This document shows, piece by piece, positions 49,992 to 59,712 of a stretch of 64,000 nucleotides of DNA (position 1 is its first letter; every line of letters starts with the position of its first letter). The notes beneath the pieces are model-generated. The model had not been told where the DNA came from. It worked only from the letters and a program-made list of their open reading frames with translations, and ran no database searches. The position numbers were made by a program, and so were the translations under genes. The DNA comes from an uncultured Gammaproteobacteria bacterium (GTDB lineage Bacteria; Pseudomonadota; Gammaproteobacteria; JAUZRS01): positions 18,978 to 82,977 of the forward strand of contig CAZTQX010000001.1 of the NCBI GenBank assembly GCA_964615985.1. Direction: 5' to 3'.

Positions 49992-50503
49992 GCTTTTGGC
50001 TCTTGTTGGCAAATTTTGATCACCAGCTGACGAACGCAGCCTAAATATTTCTGTTCGTCGGCGGCCTGCTGGTAGCGTTGCGCTTGCCAGAGTGATTCTG
50101 CTAGGCATTCCAGCAGTTGATGTTCCACCTCGTGACCGTCTTTGAGTGTGACCAGCAGTTGGCGGGTCAAGGTGGCGATGCCTGCAGGTCGATTGGTGCT
50201 GAGTTGTTCGCGTAGGGCGATGTGCAGCCCCATGTGCAAAAAGGGATTACTCTCGCCACTTTCGGGCAGATACTCCTTTTCCAGTTGTTGCAGTTGCTGG
50301 TGGTATTCAGGATGTTCGGCAATCACTCCAGCGATGATCTCTTCCATCGGCTCTAAGGGCTGTTTTTGCTGGTATTTTTGCCACGCTTGCAGGTAGGTGT
50401 TGCGCAGCGAGTGACGATCTTTGCTAAAAAACATAACGGAATTCTTGCTGGGTTGTGAAGTGGGGTGGGTGGGTTTAGTCAAGGCGTTTTTGGTCAAATT
50501 CAC
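49988..50503 (-). CDS. DUF1841-family protein
   Basis: 171 aa. I recall DUF1841 genes lying downstream of nth in Pseudomonas-type genomes. Confidence 0.5.
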   Translation of the reverse strand: MNLTKNALTKPTHPTSQPSKNSVMFFSKDRHSLRNTYLQAWQKYQQKQPLEPMEEIIAGVIAEHPEYHQQLQQLEKEYLPESGESNPFLHMGLHIALREQLSTNRPAGIATLTRQLLVTLKDGHEVEHQLLECLAESLWQAQRYQQAADEQKYLGCVRQLVIKICQQEPKA

Positions 50504-51110
50504 ACAGATCTTCCACTAGGCAGGCTCCGCAACGGGGTTTGCGTGCCACGCAGGTGTAACGTCCATGCAGAATCAGCCAATGGTGCGCGTCTTGTTTGAA
50601 CTCCGTTGGCACCCAACGCATCAGTTTTTCTTCCACTTCGACGACGTTTTTTCCTGGAGCCAGTTTCATGCGGTTGGAGACCCGAAAGATGTGGGTGTCC
50701 ACAGCGATGGTAGGAATACCAAAGGCGGTGTTGCGTACCACGTTGGCGGTTTTTCGCCCGACTCCTGGTAGCGCTTCCAGCTCTTTTTGCCCTTGGGGGA
50801 CTTCGCCTTGGTGCTGTTCCAGCAGTAATTTGCAGGTTTTGATGATGTTACTGGCTTTGCCGTTGTAGAGGCCGATGGTTTTGATGTAGCTCTTTAACTG
50901 CTCTTCGCCCAGCTCAAAAATCTGCTGGGGGGTGTTGGCGATGGGATAAAGTTTGGCGGTGGCTTTGTTGACCCCGATGTCGGTGGCTTGGGCGCTGAGA
51001 ATGACCGAAATCAGCAGCTCAAAGGGGCTTTGGTAGTTCAGCTCGGTTTTGGGGCTGGGATTGGCCTTTCGTAGGCGGCTGAAAATTTGATGGCGTTTGA
51101 CGGCGTTCAC
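50475..51110 (-). CDS. nth: endonuclease III (DNA glycosylase/AP lyase)
   Basis: 211 aa with HhH-GPD ([12 protein letters not shown]) and a C-terminal 4Fe-4S cluster [17 protein letters not shown]. Confidence 0.93.
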   Translation of the reverse strand: MNAVKRHQIFSRLRKANPSPKTELNYQSPFELLISVILSAQATDIGVNKATAKLYPIANTPQQIFELGEEQLKSYIKTIGLYNGKASNIIKTCKLLLEQHQGEVPQGQKELEALPGVGRKTANVVRNTAFGIPTIAVDTHIFRVSNRMKLAPGKNVVEVEEKLMRWVPTEFKQDAHHWLILHGRYTCVARKPRCGACLVEDLCEFDQKRLD

Positions 51111-51820
51111 GGTGATGAAGGAGTCTGTAACGGTTCCACCACCACATTGATTTTCGAAAGGCTGCTGAGTTTATCTTTACGGCGTTGATCGATGAGGTTT
51201 TTGATCACGATTAAAATCCCCATGCCAAAGAAGGCTCCAGGAGGCAAAATGGCCAGCAGAAAACCGCGATAGTCTGCGCCCATCAGATGCAAGGTCATGC
51301 CGCGAGCCGCTTCGCCAAACATCAGGTGAGCTTGGGAAAAGAGTGTCCCCATGCCGATTAACTCACGCATTCCCCCCAGCACCACCAGCAGCAAGGTGAA
51401 ACCCAAACCCATGGCAAAGCCATCCAGAGCGGCTTGTCTAACGTTGTTTTTGGAGGCGAAGGCTTCGGCGCGGCCAATGATGGCGCAGTTGGTGACGATC
51501 AGCGGAATAAAGATGCCGAGAATGGTATAGAGACCGTGCAGCCACGCGCTCATCATCAGCTCGATGCTGGTGACGATGGCGGCGATCACTAGCACAAAAA
51601 CAGGAATTCGGATTTCGGGGCGCACCACATGGCGAATCATCGAGACCACGCTGTTGGAGAGGATCAGGGTGGCCATCGTGGCCAGCCCCAAGCCGAGGCC
51701 GTTGATGACGGTGGAGGTGACGGCCAACAGGGGGCAGAGTCCCAGCAGTTGCACCAAACCGGCGTTGTTGTTCCACAGGCCTTCGCGGAAAATTGTTGCA
51801 TTGTCACTCATGGTCTTCAC
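51107..51820 (-). CDS. rnfE: Rnf electron transport complex subunit E
   Basis: 237 aa polytopic protein, a paralog of RnfA ([18 protein letters not shown]). Confidence 0.9.
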   Translation of the reverse strand: MKTMSDNATIFREGLWNNNAGLVQLLGLCPLLAVTSTVINGLGLGLATMATLILSNSVVSMIRHVVRPEIRIPVFVLVIAAIVTSIELMMSAWLHGLYTILGIFIPLIVTNCAIIGRAEAFASKNNVRQAALDGFAMGLGFTLLLVVLGGMRELIGMGTLFSQAHLMFGEAARGMTLHLMGADYRGFLLAILPPGAFFGMGILIVIKNLIDQRRKDKLSSLSKINVVVEPLQTPSSP

Positions 51821-52448
51821 CTGTCACAGCCGTGGGAGTGCTGAAGAGCACCTCTTGATGTTCTTTAAAATAGAGCAGGCTTCGATAGACCGCGTTCACC
51901 ACCGCTCTGGGGGTGATGGTGGCACCGGTAAATTGATCAAACTGGCCACGGTCACGTTTGACCGCCCACTCTTTCTTGCTGAGATTTTGCAGTGATTTGC
52001 CGTTAAAGTCGAGAATCCAGTCGCTGCGTTGCGCTTCGATGGCATCGCCTAAGCCTGGTGTTTCTCGATGTGAGCTGACCCGTACCCCAGCCAAGGTGCC
52101 ATCCAAGTAGATCCCCACCAGCAGTTTGATGCTGCCGCTGTAACCGTCAGGGGCGGTGGGGGAGAGAATAACCGCCACCGGTTTACCTTCTTTACGGACT
52201 CGATAGACGGGGATGGTGTTTTTGCTCAGTGCGGGAGCAGTGATGAGGATTTGATCTTGATAAGGATCGTTGTCCATCTTTTCGGCTGGCACTAAGGTGT
52301 GCAGGCTTTTGAGTAACAGTTGACGATGATTTGCGGCAATGCGGTCGTGAGTGATCGCTTCGGTACCGGCAATCAGCAGCGTACCAATAAAGCCGAAGCT
52401 GGCCAAGACCAACGAGGTCCATGAAATGTGGCGAAAAGCTCGTTGCAT
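51804..52448 (-). CDS. rnfG: Rnf complex subunit G (FMN-binding)
   Basis: Begins at internal Met [18 protein letters not shown]. The six-frame ORF extends artificially to 52787 and overlaps rnfD. Confidence 0.85.
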   Translation of the reverse strand: MQRAFRHISWTSLVLASFGFIGTLLIAGTEAITHDRIAANHRQLLLKSLHTLVPAEKMDNDPYQDQILITAPALSKNTIPVYRVRKEGKPVAVILSPTAPDGYSGSIKLLVGIYLDGTLAGVRVSSHRETPGLGDAIEAQRSDWILDFNGKSLQNLSKKEWAVKRDRGQFDQFTGATITPRAVVNAVYRSLLYFKEHQEVLFSTPTAVTGEDHE

Positions 52449-52450
52449 GA

Positions 52451-53482
52451 TTACTCCTTGGCATGACCGAAAGCAGTGGGTTGGATGTAGTGGTCGATGG
52501 TGGGCACGACCATGTTCATCAGCAGCACGGCGAAGGCGATGCCGTCGGGATAACCACCCCATTGACGAATAATGACGATGAATAAGGCGATGCCACAGCC
52601 GTAGATCAGGCGACCGCGATTGCTGGAAGGGGCGCTGACCGGATCGGTGGCGATAAAAAAGGCCGCTAAGATTAACCCGCCACTGAAAAGATGAAACAGC
52701 GGGCCTGCTTGAGCGTCGGGAGCGCTGGCGTAGGTCAGGGTGGTGGCAATCAAGAGGGTGGCAATCAGACTGAAAGGAATGCGCCAATCAATCACTTTGA
52801 TTTTGATCAGATAGAGTCCGCCGAGAAAAAACCAGTTGCCGATCCATTCCCAACCGTAACCGCCAAAGGTGCCGAACAGGGGGCTGTCGTGAATTTCCGA
52901 CAACATCATATTTTGCCCCAGTTGGGTACGGGTGATGTCCAGTGGCGTGGCCATAGTGATGGCATCCCAGCTGAGTTCAGCGGGCAGACCGGTAAAAATA
53001 ATCTGTAAGCTCTGCCAGAAGCTCACGCTCTGTTGGGCTAATTCGTGCGGTGTAGGCCAGAGGGTCATTTCACGCGGGAACGAGATCATCAAGACCACAT
53101 AACCGACCATTGCGGGGTTGAAGGGGTTGTAGCCAAGGCCGCCGTAGAGCTGTTTGGCGACGATAATGGCAAACCCGACCCCAATGGCGATCATCCACCA
53201 CGGGGTCAGCGGCGGCAGTGCCAGCACCAGCAGCCAAGCGGTGACCACCGCACTGCCGTCATTGAGTGTGGTTTTGATCGGGAGTTTGCGCAGTTTAAGC
53301 ACCAGTGCTTCGAAACTGAGCGCCAGCGTGATGGCCAGAACAAGATTGATAAAAATACCCGAGCCAAAGTACCAAGCGTAAGCCAAGGTGCCGGGAATCA
53401 AGGCGTAGATCACATGGCGCATAATGCGCGCGATGTTGTTGTCGCCGTTGTTGTGTGGCGAGGCGGATGTTTCAAACTGCAT
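52451..53482 (-). CDS. rnfD: Rnf complex subunit D
   Basis: 343 aa NqrB/RnfD-family membrane protein. Confidence 0.9.
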   Translation of the reverse strand: MQFETSASPHNNGDNNIARIMRHVIYALIPGTLAYAWYFGSGIFINLVLAITLALSFEALVLKLRKLPIKTTLNDGSAVVTAWLLVLALPPLTPWWMIAIGVGFAIIVAKQLYGGLGYNPFNPAMVGYVVLMISFPREMTLWPTPHELAQQSVSFWQSLQIIFTGLPAELSWDAITMATPLDITRTQLGQNMMLSEIHDSPLFGTFGGYGWEWIGNWFFLGGLYLIKIKVIDWRIPFSLIATLLIATTLTYASAPDAQAGPLFHLFSGGLILAAFFIATDPVSAPSSNRGRLIYGCGIALFIVIIRQWGGYPDGIAFAVLLMNMVVPTIDHYIQPTAFGHAKE

Positions 53483-53487
53483 GAGGG

Positions 53488-55071
53488 TTAACCTTGTGTA
53501 CCTTCGGTTTTAGCGGCGCTGGTGCTGCTTTTCTTTGCTTGGACTCGTGCTAGGGCGGCTTTGATGGCGTCTTGTTTGGCGTCTTTGCTGCTGTCACCGG
53601 CTTTTTTGGCTTTTAGCGCGGCACGACGTTTGGCCATTTTGGCCTCTTTTTCCTGTTTGGCCAGCTCAATGCGCTGCTCACGGAATTGGTGCCGTTCGCG
53701 GGCTTTATCGGCTTTTTGGCGTTCCTGTTCGGCGTTCCAAATTTGGGTTTTGGCGTAACGATAGAAGCTGACGAGAGGAATGTGGCTGGGACAGACGTGG
53801 TCGCAACAGCCACACTCGATGCAGTCAAACAGGTTGTTGTCTTGGGCTTTGTCAAAATCTTTGGCGCGACTGTGCCAATAGAGCTGTTGTGGTAATAAAT
53901 TAGCGGGGCAGACTTCCACGCAAGCCCCGCAGCGGATGCAGGGGTTCACCGTTCCCATTGTGGGTAGTTCTTTGTGGCTAAGCGCTAAAATACAGTTGCT
54001 GGCTTTGCTGATCGGCAACTCGTCACTGTGCAGTGCTGACCCCATCATCGGGCCGCCCATAATCAGACGTTGCACGTCGTCGCGGTAGCCACCACAGGCG
54101 CGGACGAGCTGGTCGATGGGGGTGCCGATCAAGACCTCCCAGTTGCCGGGCTTCTGAATGCCTGCACCGGTGACGGTGACGATGCGCGAAATAAGCGGCT
54201 GAGCTTCGTAAATGGCACGGTAGATGGCGTAGGTGGTACCGATGTTTTGGCAGATAATGCCCAGCTGCCCAGGGAAACCACCACTGGGTACCTCTTGGTC
54301 GGTGAGGACTTTAATCAGCTGCTTTTCACCACCGGTTGGGTAGACCGTGGGGATGGCAATAATTTTGATCGGAACCGATGCGGGTGTTTGATCGTCTTTA
54401 ACGGCGTTGTTTAAGGCCTCTATGGCGGCGGGTTTATTGTCTTCGACACCGATCAGGCATTGACGTGGGTTCAGGCTGTAAATCAGTACCTGAATGCCTT
54501 GGATGATCTCAGCGGCACGCTCCTCCATCAGCTTTTGGTCGCAGGTGATGTAGGGTTCGCATTCGGCTCCGTTAATGATCAGGGTCTTAATTTTACTGCG
54601 TGCCGCGAGACAGAGTTTGGTGGCGGTGGGAAAAACCGCGCCTCCTAAGCCGACAATGCCTGCTTGGCGTAGTTGTTCGTATAATTTTTGTTTGCTCAAC
54701 TGCCGATAATTTTCACCCAGTGGCTGCTGTTGCAGAAGTTCATCCAGACCATCGCTTTTTAGCGTAATGCAAAGTGCCGGTAGTCTGGAAATATGAGCAA
54801 TGGCTTGTTGATCGATGGCGCTGATGGTGCCGGAAGTGGGGGCATGAATGGTGGCGCTGATGGAGCCTTGGGCTTGAGCGATGATTTGCCCTTTGAGCAC
54901 TCGTTCATCGATGCTGACAATGGCCTCGGCGGGTTCACCGATGTGTTGTTGCAGTGGTAGGCGGTACTCTGGCAGCAGCGCCATTGTCTGAATGGGGGTG
55001 GTTGCCGAGAGTGTTTTAAAACCGGATAGAGTAAGACCACCGTGGAACTTAGCCAATTGTTCGATGGGCAT
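53488..55071 (-). CDS. rnfC: Rnf complex subunit C (NADH-binding, 2x[4Fe-4S])
   Basis: 527 aa with CIRCGACVEVCP and CIECGCCDHVCP ferredoxin motifs and a Lys/Ala-rich C-terminal tail. Confidence 0.92.
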   Translation of the reverse strand: MPIEQLAKFHGGLTLSGFKTLSATTPIQTMALLPEYRLPLQQHIGEPAEAIVSIDERVLKGQIIAQAQGSISATIHAPTSGTISAIDQQAIAHISRLPALCITLKSDGLDELLQQQPLGENYRQLSKQKLYEQLRQAGIVGLGGAVFPTATKLCLAARSKIKTLIINGAECEPYITCDQKLMEERAAEIIQGIQVLIYSLNPRQCLIGVEDNKPAAIEALNNAVKDDQTPASVPIKIIAIPTVYPTGGEKQLIKVLTDQEVPSGGFPGQLGIICQNIGTTYAIYRAIYEAQPLISRIVTVTGAGIQKPGNWEVLIGTPIDQLVRACGGYRDDVQRLIMGGPMMGSALHSDELPISKASNCILALSHKELPTMGTVNPCIRCGACVEVCPANLLPQQLYWHSRAKDFDKAQDNNLFDCIECGCCDHVCPSHIPLVSFYRYAKTQIWNAEQERQKADKARERHQFREQRIELAKQEKEAKMAKRRAALKAKKAGDSSKDAKQDAIKAALARVQAKKSSTSAAKTEGTQG

Positions 55072-55640
55072 CAGGAAACCGTCTTATTTTGAGTTGAGGG
55101 TTGTTCCGTGGCTGGGTAGGGCCACTTCCAGCTGTTCAAACTCTCTTTAGTGGGAATCATCAGAATGCAGTCCACCGGACAAGGGTCGAGACAGAGTTTG
55201 CAACCGGTGCATTCGCTTTCGATCACTGTGTGCATCTGTTTTGCCGCGCCCAAAATGGCATCCACCGGACAAGCTTGGATGCAGAGTGTGCAACCGATGC
55301 AGGCTTGTTCATCAATAATCGCCAGTTCAACAACGTCACTCTCTTCTCCTGCTTCTAGATCAAGAGGGATCACTTCTCGTCCGAGCAGATCCGCTAATGC
55401 TTGAATGCCCGCTTCGCCTCCAGGGGGGCAACGGTTGATCTCCTCGTTGCCTTCGGCCAGCGCTTTGGCGTAGGGACGACAACCAGGGTAACCACACTGA
55501 CCGCACTGGGTTTGTGGCAGCAGGGCATCAATTTGGTCTACGACCGGATCGCCCTCAACTTTAAAGCGGATGGCGGAAAAACCGAGCAGCAGGCCGAATG
55601 CCAAACTCAGTAGGGTGAGGATAATAAGCGCACTGAACAT
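55071..55640 (-). CDS. rnfB: Rnf complex subunit B (ferredoxin)
   Basis: 189 aa with an N-terminal TM helix and multiple CxxCxxCxxxCP motifs. Confidence 0.9.
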   Translation of the reverse strand: MFSALIILTLLSLAFGLLLGFSAIRFKVEGDPVVDQIDALLPQTQCGQCGYPGCRPYAKALAEGNEEINRCPPGGEAGIQALADLLGREVIPLDLEAGEESDVVELAIIDEQACIGCTLCIQACPVDAILGAAKQMHTVIESECTGCKLCLDPCPVDCILMIPTKESLNSWKWPYPATEQPSTQNKTVS

Positions 55641-55643
55641 GGG

Positions 55644-56225
55644 TTATACCTTGATCAGGCCTGAAAAGCCCATAAAGGCCAATGACATCAGACCGGCGGT
55701 GATCAGGGCGATGGCGTTGCCTTTGAAGGGCTTTGGCACATCGGCCACATCGACCCGTTCACGTACCGCCGCGAACAGCACCAGCACCATTGAAAAGCCG
55801 ATGGCGGCACCAAAACCATAGAGGGCGGATTCGATAAAGGTGTGATCTTCTTGAATGTTGAGCAGTGCTACTCCCAATACCGCGCAGTTGGTGGTGATCA
55901 AGGGCAGAAAAATACCCAAAATATTGTAGAGCATGGGGCTGGTTTTATGCACCACCATCTCGGTGAACTGCACCACTACAGCAATAATAAGAATAAAGGT
56001 GATGGTGCGCAGGAACTCTAACTCGAAGGGAATCAGTAGGTATTGATTGGCCAAATAGCTGCATACCGAGGAGAGGGTGAGTACGAAGGTGGTAGCGAAA
56101 CCCATTCCTAGGGCGGTCTCTAGTTTACGGGAGACGCCCATAAAAGGGCAGAGGCCGAGAAACTTCACCAAGACGAAGTTGTTGACCAAAATGGTGCTGA
56201 TGAGAATTAGCGCGTATTCGCTCAT
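55644..56225 (-). CDS. rnfA: Rnf complex subunit A
   Basis: 193 aa polytopic protein ([32 protein letters not shown]). Confidence 0.92.
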   Translation of the reverse strand: MSEYALILISTILVNNFVLVKFLGLCPFMGVSRKLETALGMGFATTFVLTLSSVCSYLANQYLLIPFELEFLRTITFILIIAVVVQFTEMVVHKTSPMLYNILGIFLPLITTNCAVLGVALLNIQEDHTFIESALYGFGAAIGFSMVLVLFAAVRERVDVADVPKPFKGNAIALITAGLMSLAFMGFSGLIKV

Positions 56226-56469
56226 GGTCTTTCAGATGTTCCGTTGCTCGGCGTACGTCGGCTGGGGAGTTTAACAAATTCTTATCTTCTTTGCGGCCAG
56301 AATTGATTTTATTGCTTGGCTGGGCAGCAGAGCGCATGGCAATGAAAATTTGGATAAGGTGACGTTTTAGCCCTTAAAAAGTGAGTTTGTTCGCTTTAAA
56401 CTGGGAAAATGAGTTCAGGCATGGTAGAAAGCGGGAGCATTTTTCATTTGTAACGAGAACGGTTGAGCG

Positions 56470-59400
56470 ATGAACGACAATAAAATCACCACGCCCAGTA
56501 AATTTGAACGTCCCGCCGTTGAGTCTCAGCGCTTTTTGTTTCGCCCGCGTTTGATTGAGCGTTTGACAAAACGCGCCACCCATCGTCAGGTGGCGGTGTT
56601 TGAAGGCCAGGCAGGACAAGGTAAGTCGGTACTGGTTTCACAGTATTTGGAGCATTTAGACAGTGCTTATGCGTGGTGTCGACTGGATGAGAACGATGCT
56701 GATCTCGCCAGTTTATTGCTCTCGTTGGTGAAAGCGTGCCATACCGGTTTGCTGGGGTTTTCTTGCCCGGTGTTGGAGTCGACGACGGTTGATTTGACGA
56801 ACGAAACGGTGTTATTGGCAGCGTTTCAACAGGCATTGAACGTCTGCGTCAAATTAAACCATAAGTCGCAAAAAAGCGTTCATATTGTTCTGGATGGTTT
56901 GCACGTGCTGGAAGAGAGTCCTGAGGCTCTGGCTCTGTTGCAACGTTTGATTGAAATGACACCGATGGATGTCACCTTTTTAATCACTTCCCGTACTCCG
57001 GTTGCCATTTTGTTGAGTGACATTCACACCACGCAGTCGTGGTGCATCATCGATAACGCTCAATTGGCTTTCAGTCGTGATGAAGTGATTTCACTGTTGG
57101 CACAGCTCTCCAGAGGGGCGTCACAAAGTCGAGCTGCGGAACTGTTTCGCCGTTCTTTGGGCTGGCCGGTGGGTTTGAGCTGCCTGTTTCCCGAGTCAAA
57201 ATCAGCCGTCAGTATGGCTTCTTTGAGCGACTATTTTCAGCGTGAGCTATTGGAGGGTCTTCCCAGTGATGTGCGCGATTTTCTGATGCGGGTGGCACTG
57301 TTGGAGTCGATCTCATTGCCTCTGGTTTTGACAGTCAGTGGTCGTGAGGATGCGGCGGCACTGCTGCAACAGATGGTGGAGCAGCACGGCTTTATCTATC
57401 AACGACTCGGGCAGGCGGTGTTTGAGATGCACCCTTTGTTGCGTTCGGTGCTGCGGCGGCAAGTGAGCGCCTATTTAGGGAATGATAACCTTAAAGAAAT
57501 TTTGCAACGGGTGATGGAACATCTGATCTCTCAGAAACAGCCGCGTCAGGCGGTGGTTTATGCTTTGAGAGCGGGGGACCTGCGCAGCGTGGATCAGCTG
57601 TTGCGTTTGATGGGGGCGACTCTGCTGGAGATTGTTTGCCATATTGAGCCAAAAGATGTATTGCAGCTGTTGGCTCGCAAACAGTCGAACTCAGCTTGGT
57701 TGCTGTTATTGCAAGCGACCGCAGCGATGGAGTGTGATCCTGCGGCGGCGCGTGAGCCATTGCATCTTGCCCTAAATAAATTGAAAGCGGAGGGAGATCA
57801 GCAGGGAGAGCTGTTGGCGCTGTCACTCTCGATCTTGTTTCATACCTTGGTCAGTGGCCAAGTTGAAGAGGTACAAAATCTTTATCAGCGCGCCGTACGG
57901 CTGTATGACGAATTGCAGAGTGGTTTGAATCACTACGCCAAGGCTTATATCAGTGCCTGTTTGGGAGCGGCTCAATTGGTCGTGCACGACAATGCTGAGC
58001 TGGGGCGTAATTCGCTGGAGTATGCGTTGCGATTGGCCAGTGAACACCGTTTTGAACGCTTGGCGCTGCGCATTCGTTTGATGCGCCTGTTTGACCTTAT
58101 CTCCTCCGGCCAGCTGTTGGAAGCCAAGGGTGATATGGAGGCGCTGCACGGTGTGATTGGTGAGTCTTGGTGTGATGCCTTGGAACAAGGTTATATCTAT
58201 GCTGCGATGGCTTATTGGTTTTATCGCTCTGGTGAACTGCAAGAGTTAAAACGTCATTTGCGCCTCTCCAAACTCTATCTGCCACGTTCCATTTTAGAGC
58301 AGAATTTAGCCGGTGCCCTGCTGCTTGTGTGGGAGATGCAAGCGGCCTTGGCCGAGGGCGATTTTTTAACCGCCAAACACCTTTTGCAGCAAAGTTTAAG
58401 TCTGCCTGCTTGTGGTCGGCATTTGGCAATAAGTCAATATTTACGACCTTATCATCCTCTGTTAGATCTGTTGCTGGATCAATTTAGCGCGCCACATAAA
58501 AAAGCTTTGGCGCAATTGGCGTTGGTGGCTAAAGGCGATATGCACAGTTTGCATGCGTTGTTGGTTTTGGGTGCGGCTTATTTGCAGTTGGGTGATCACC
58601 ATGAGGCGAAAGTCTTTTTGGATGAGGCTTATAAACGGGCTGGTTTGCGCAAAGATTATTTTACTCTGTCGGCGGTGTTATTGCATCGAGCGAGCCTGTT
58701 CCATGCGCTGGGAGAAGAGGAGCAAGCCAAAGAGGATACTCAAGAATTTGTTACCGTAATGCCACAACACAACGGTCGTTATTGCGACATGTGGTTGCCT
58801 GATGTGGCGATGCAGTTCTATTTGACTGGGATAAAAAATGGCGTTGAGTCGCGTTTTTTACGTCAGTTGGCGGTGCAGTGTCTGGATGTGAGTGTGGACG
58901 ATAAGGGGCAAGTTTTACCCATGGTGCATGTGCAAAGTTTGGGTGACATTGCTTTCAAATTGTCGGGTGAATCTTGTTTGCAACAGAGTGATTTAACCCC
59001 CGCACAACGTTCTTTGTTGTCGTTGCTGATCACCGCTTCTGACCTTTGTCTAGATCAAGCGTCGGTGCAGTTGATGTTGTGGCCAGACAGCCCGCAAGAG
59101 AAGGCGAGGGCCAATTTTGATGCTTTGTTATCTCGGGTCAGAAGTACGCTGAATAAAGCCTTGAAACCTTGGAAGGCAAAATCCTATTTTGTCCTAAAAC
59201 GGGGTGTGCTCTGCCTGAGTAATTGTGAGGTTGATCTGCACCATTTTCGCAGCCAAAGCGAAGAGGGGTTGCGTCTCTACAAGGAGGGTAAACATTGGGA
59301 GGCGGGTTTCTGTCTGCGCAAGGCGGTTAATTATTGGCAAGGACCGCTCTGTCCCGAAGAGAAAAGTTTGTCGGTCATTGATGATCTGCGTGAGCAGCTT

Positions 59401-59688
59401 AACGAGCAGCATGCACAGTGCAGTCGTGCTTTGGCGCAACTGGTCGAACGGGAAGGGGAATATCAGGAGGCGGTTGATTTGCTGAAGTTCTTTTTCCAGC
59501 AAGAGCCAAGTGATGAGAGTTTGGTGCGTCGACTCTACAGTCTCTACAAACAGCTGGGGCAGCGTGACCAAGCTGCCTTGGTTTTGACCACCTATCATAA
59601 TGCCTTGATCGACGCGGGTACCTCGTTGGAAGACACCATTGCGATGGTGGTAAAAACGTATAACGGTACGAAGCCGTTTACTTTTTAA
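56470..59688 (+). CDS. large MalT-like STAND NTPase with a C-terminal SARP-type output (OmpR winged helix plus BTAD)
   Basis: 1072 aa. The N-terminus TTPSKFERPAV...VAVFEGQAGQGKSVLVSQYL...YAWCRLDENDADLASLL aligns with the MalT N-terminal ATPase. The middle is a helical/TPR-like region. The C-terminus has a trans_reg_C-like LMLWPDSPQEKARANFDALLSRVRSTLNK followed by a BTAD-like block (GLRLYKEGKHWEA...AVNYWQGPLC...). Confidence 0.8.
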   Translation: MNDNKITTPSKFERPAVESQRFLFRPRLIERLTKRATHRQVAVFEGQAGQGKSVLVSQYLEHLDSAYAWCRLDENDADLASLLLSLVKACHTGLLGFSCPVLESTTVDLTNETVLLAAFQQALNVCVKLNHKSQKSVHIVLDGLHVLEESPEALALLQRLIEMTPMDVTFLITSRTPVAILLSDIHTTQSWCIIDNAQLAFSRDEVISLLAQLSRGASQSRAAELFRRSLGWPVGLSCLFPESKSAVSMASLSDYFQRELLEGLPSDVRDFLMRVALLESISLPLVLTVSGREDAAALLQQMVEQHGFIYQRLGQAVFEMHPLLRSVLRRQVSAYLGNDNLKEILQRVMEHLISQKQPRQAVVYALRAGDLRSVDQLLRLMGATLLEIVCHIEPKDVLQLLARKQSNSAWLLLLQATAAMECDPAAAREPLHLALNKLKAEGDQQGELLALSLSILFHTLVSGQVEEVQNLYQRAVRLYDELQSGLNHYAKAYISACLGAAQLVVHDNAELGRNSLEYALRLASEHRFERLALRIRLMRLFDLISSGQLLEAKGDMEALHGVIGESWCDALEQGYIYAAMAYWFYRSGELQELKRHLRLSKLYLPRSILEQNLAGALLLVWEMQAALAEGDFLTAKHLLQQSLSLPACGRHLAISQYLRPYHPLLDLLLDQFSAPHKKALAQLALVAKGDMHSLHALLVLGAAYLQLGDHHEAKVFLDEAYKRAGLRKDYFTLSAVLLHRASLFHALGEEEQAKEDTQEFVTVMPQHNGRYCDMWLPDVAMQFYLTGIKNGVESRFLRQLAVQCLDVSVDDKGQVLPMVHVQSLGDIAFKLSGESCLQQSDLTPAQRSLLSLLITASDLCLDQASVQLMLWPDSPQEKARANFDALLSRVRSTLNKALKPWKAKSYFVLKRGVLCLSNCEVDLHHFRSQSEEGLRLYKEGKHWEAGFCLRKAVNYWQGPLCPEEKSLSVIDDLREQLNEQHAQCSRALAQLVEREGEYQEAVDLLKFFFQQEPSDESLVRRLYSLYKQLGQRDQAALVLTTYHNALIDAGTSLEDTIAMVVKTYNGTKPFTF

Positions 59689-59712
59689 ATCAACTTCACC
59701 GATGGCCGCTGT

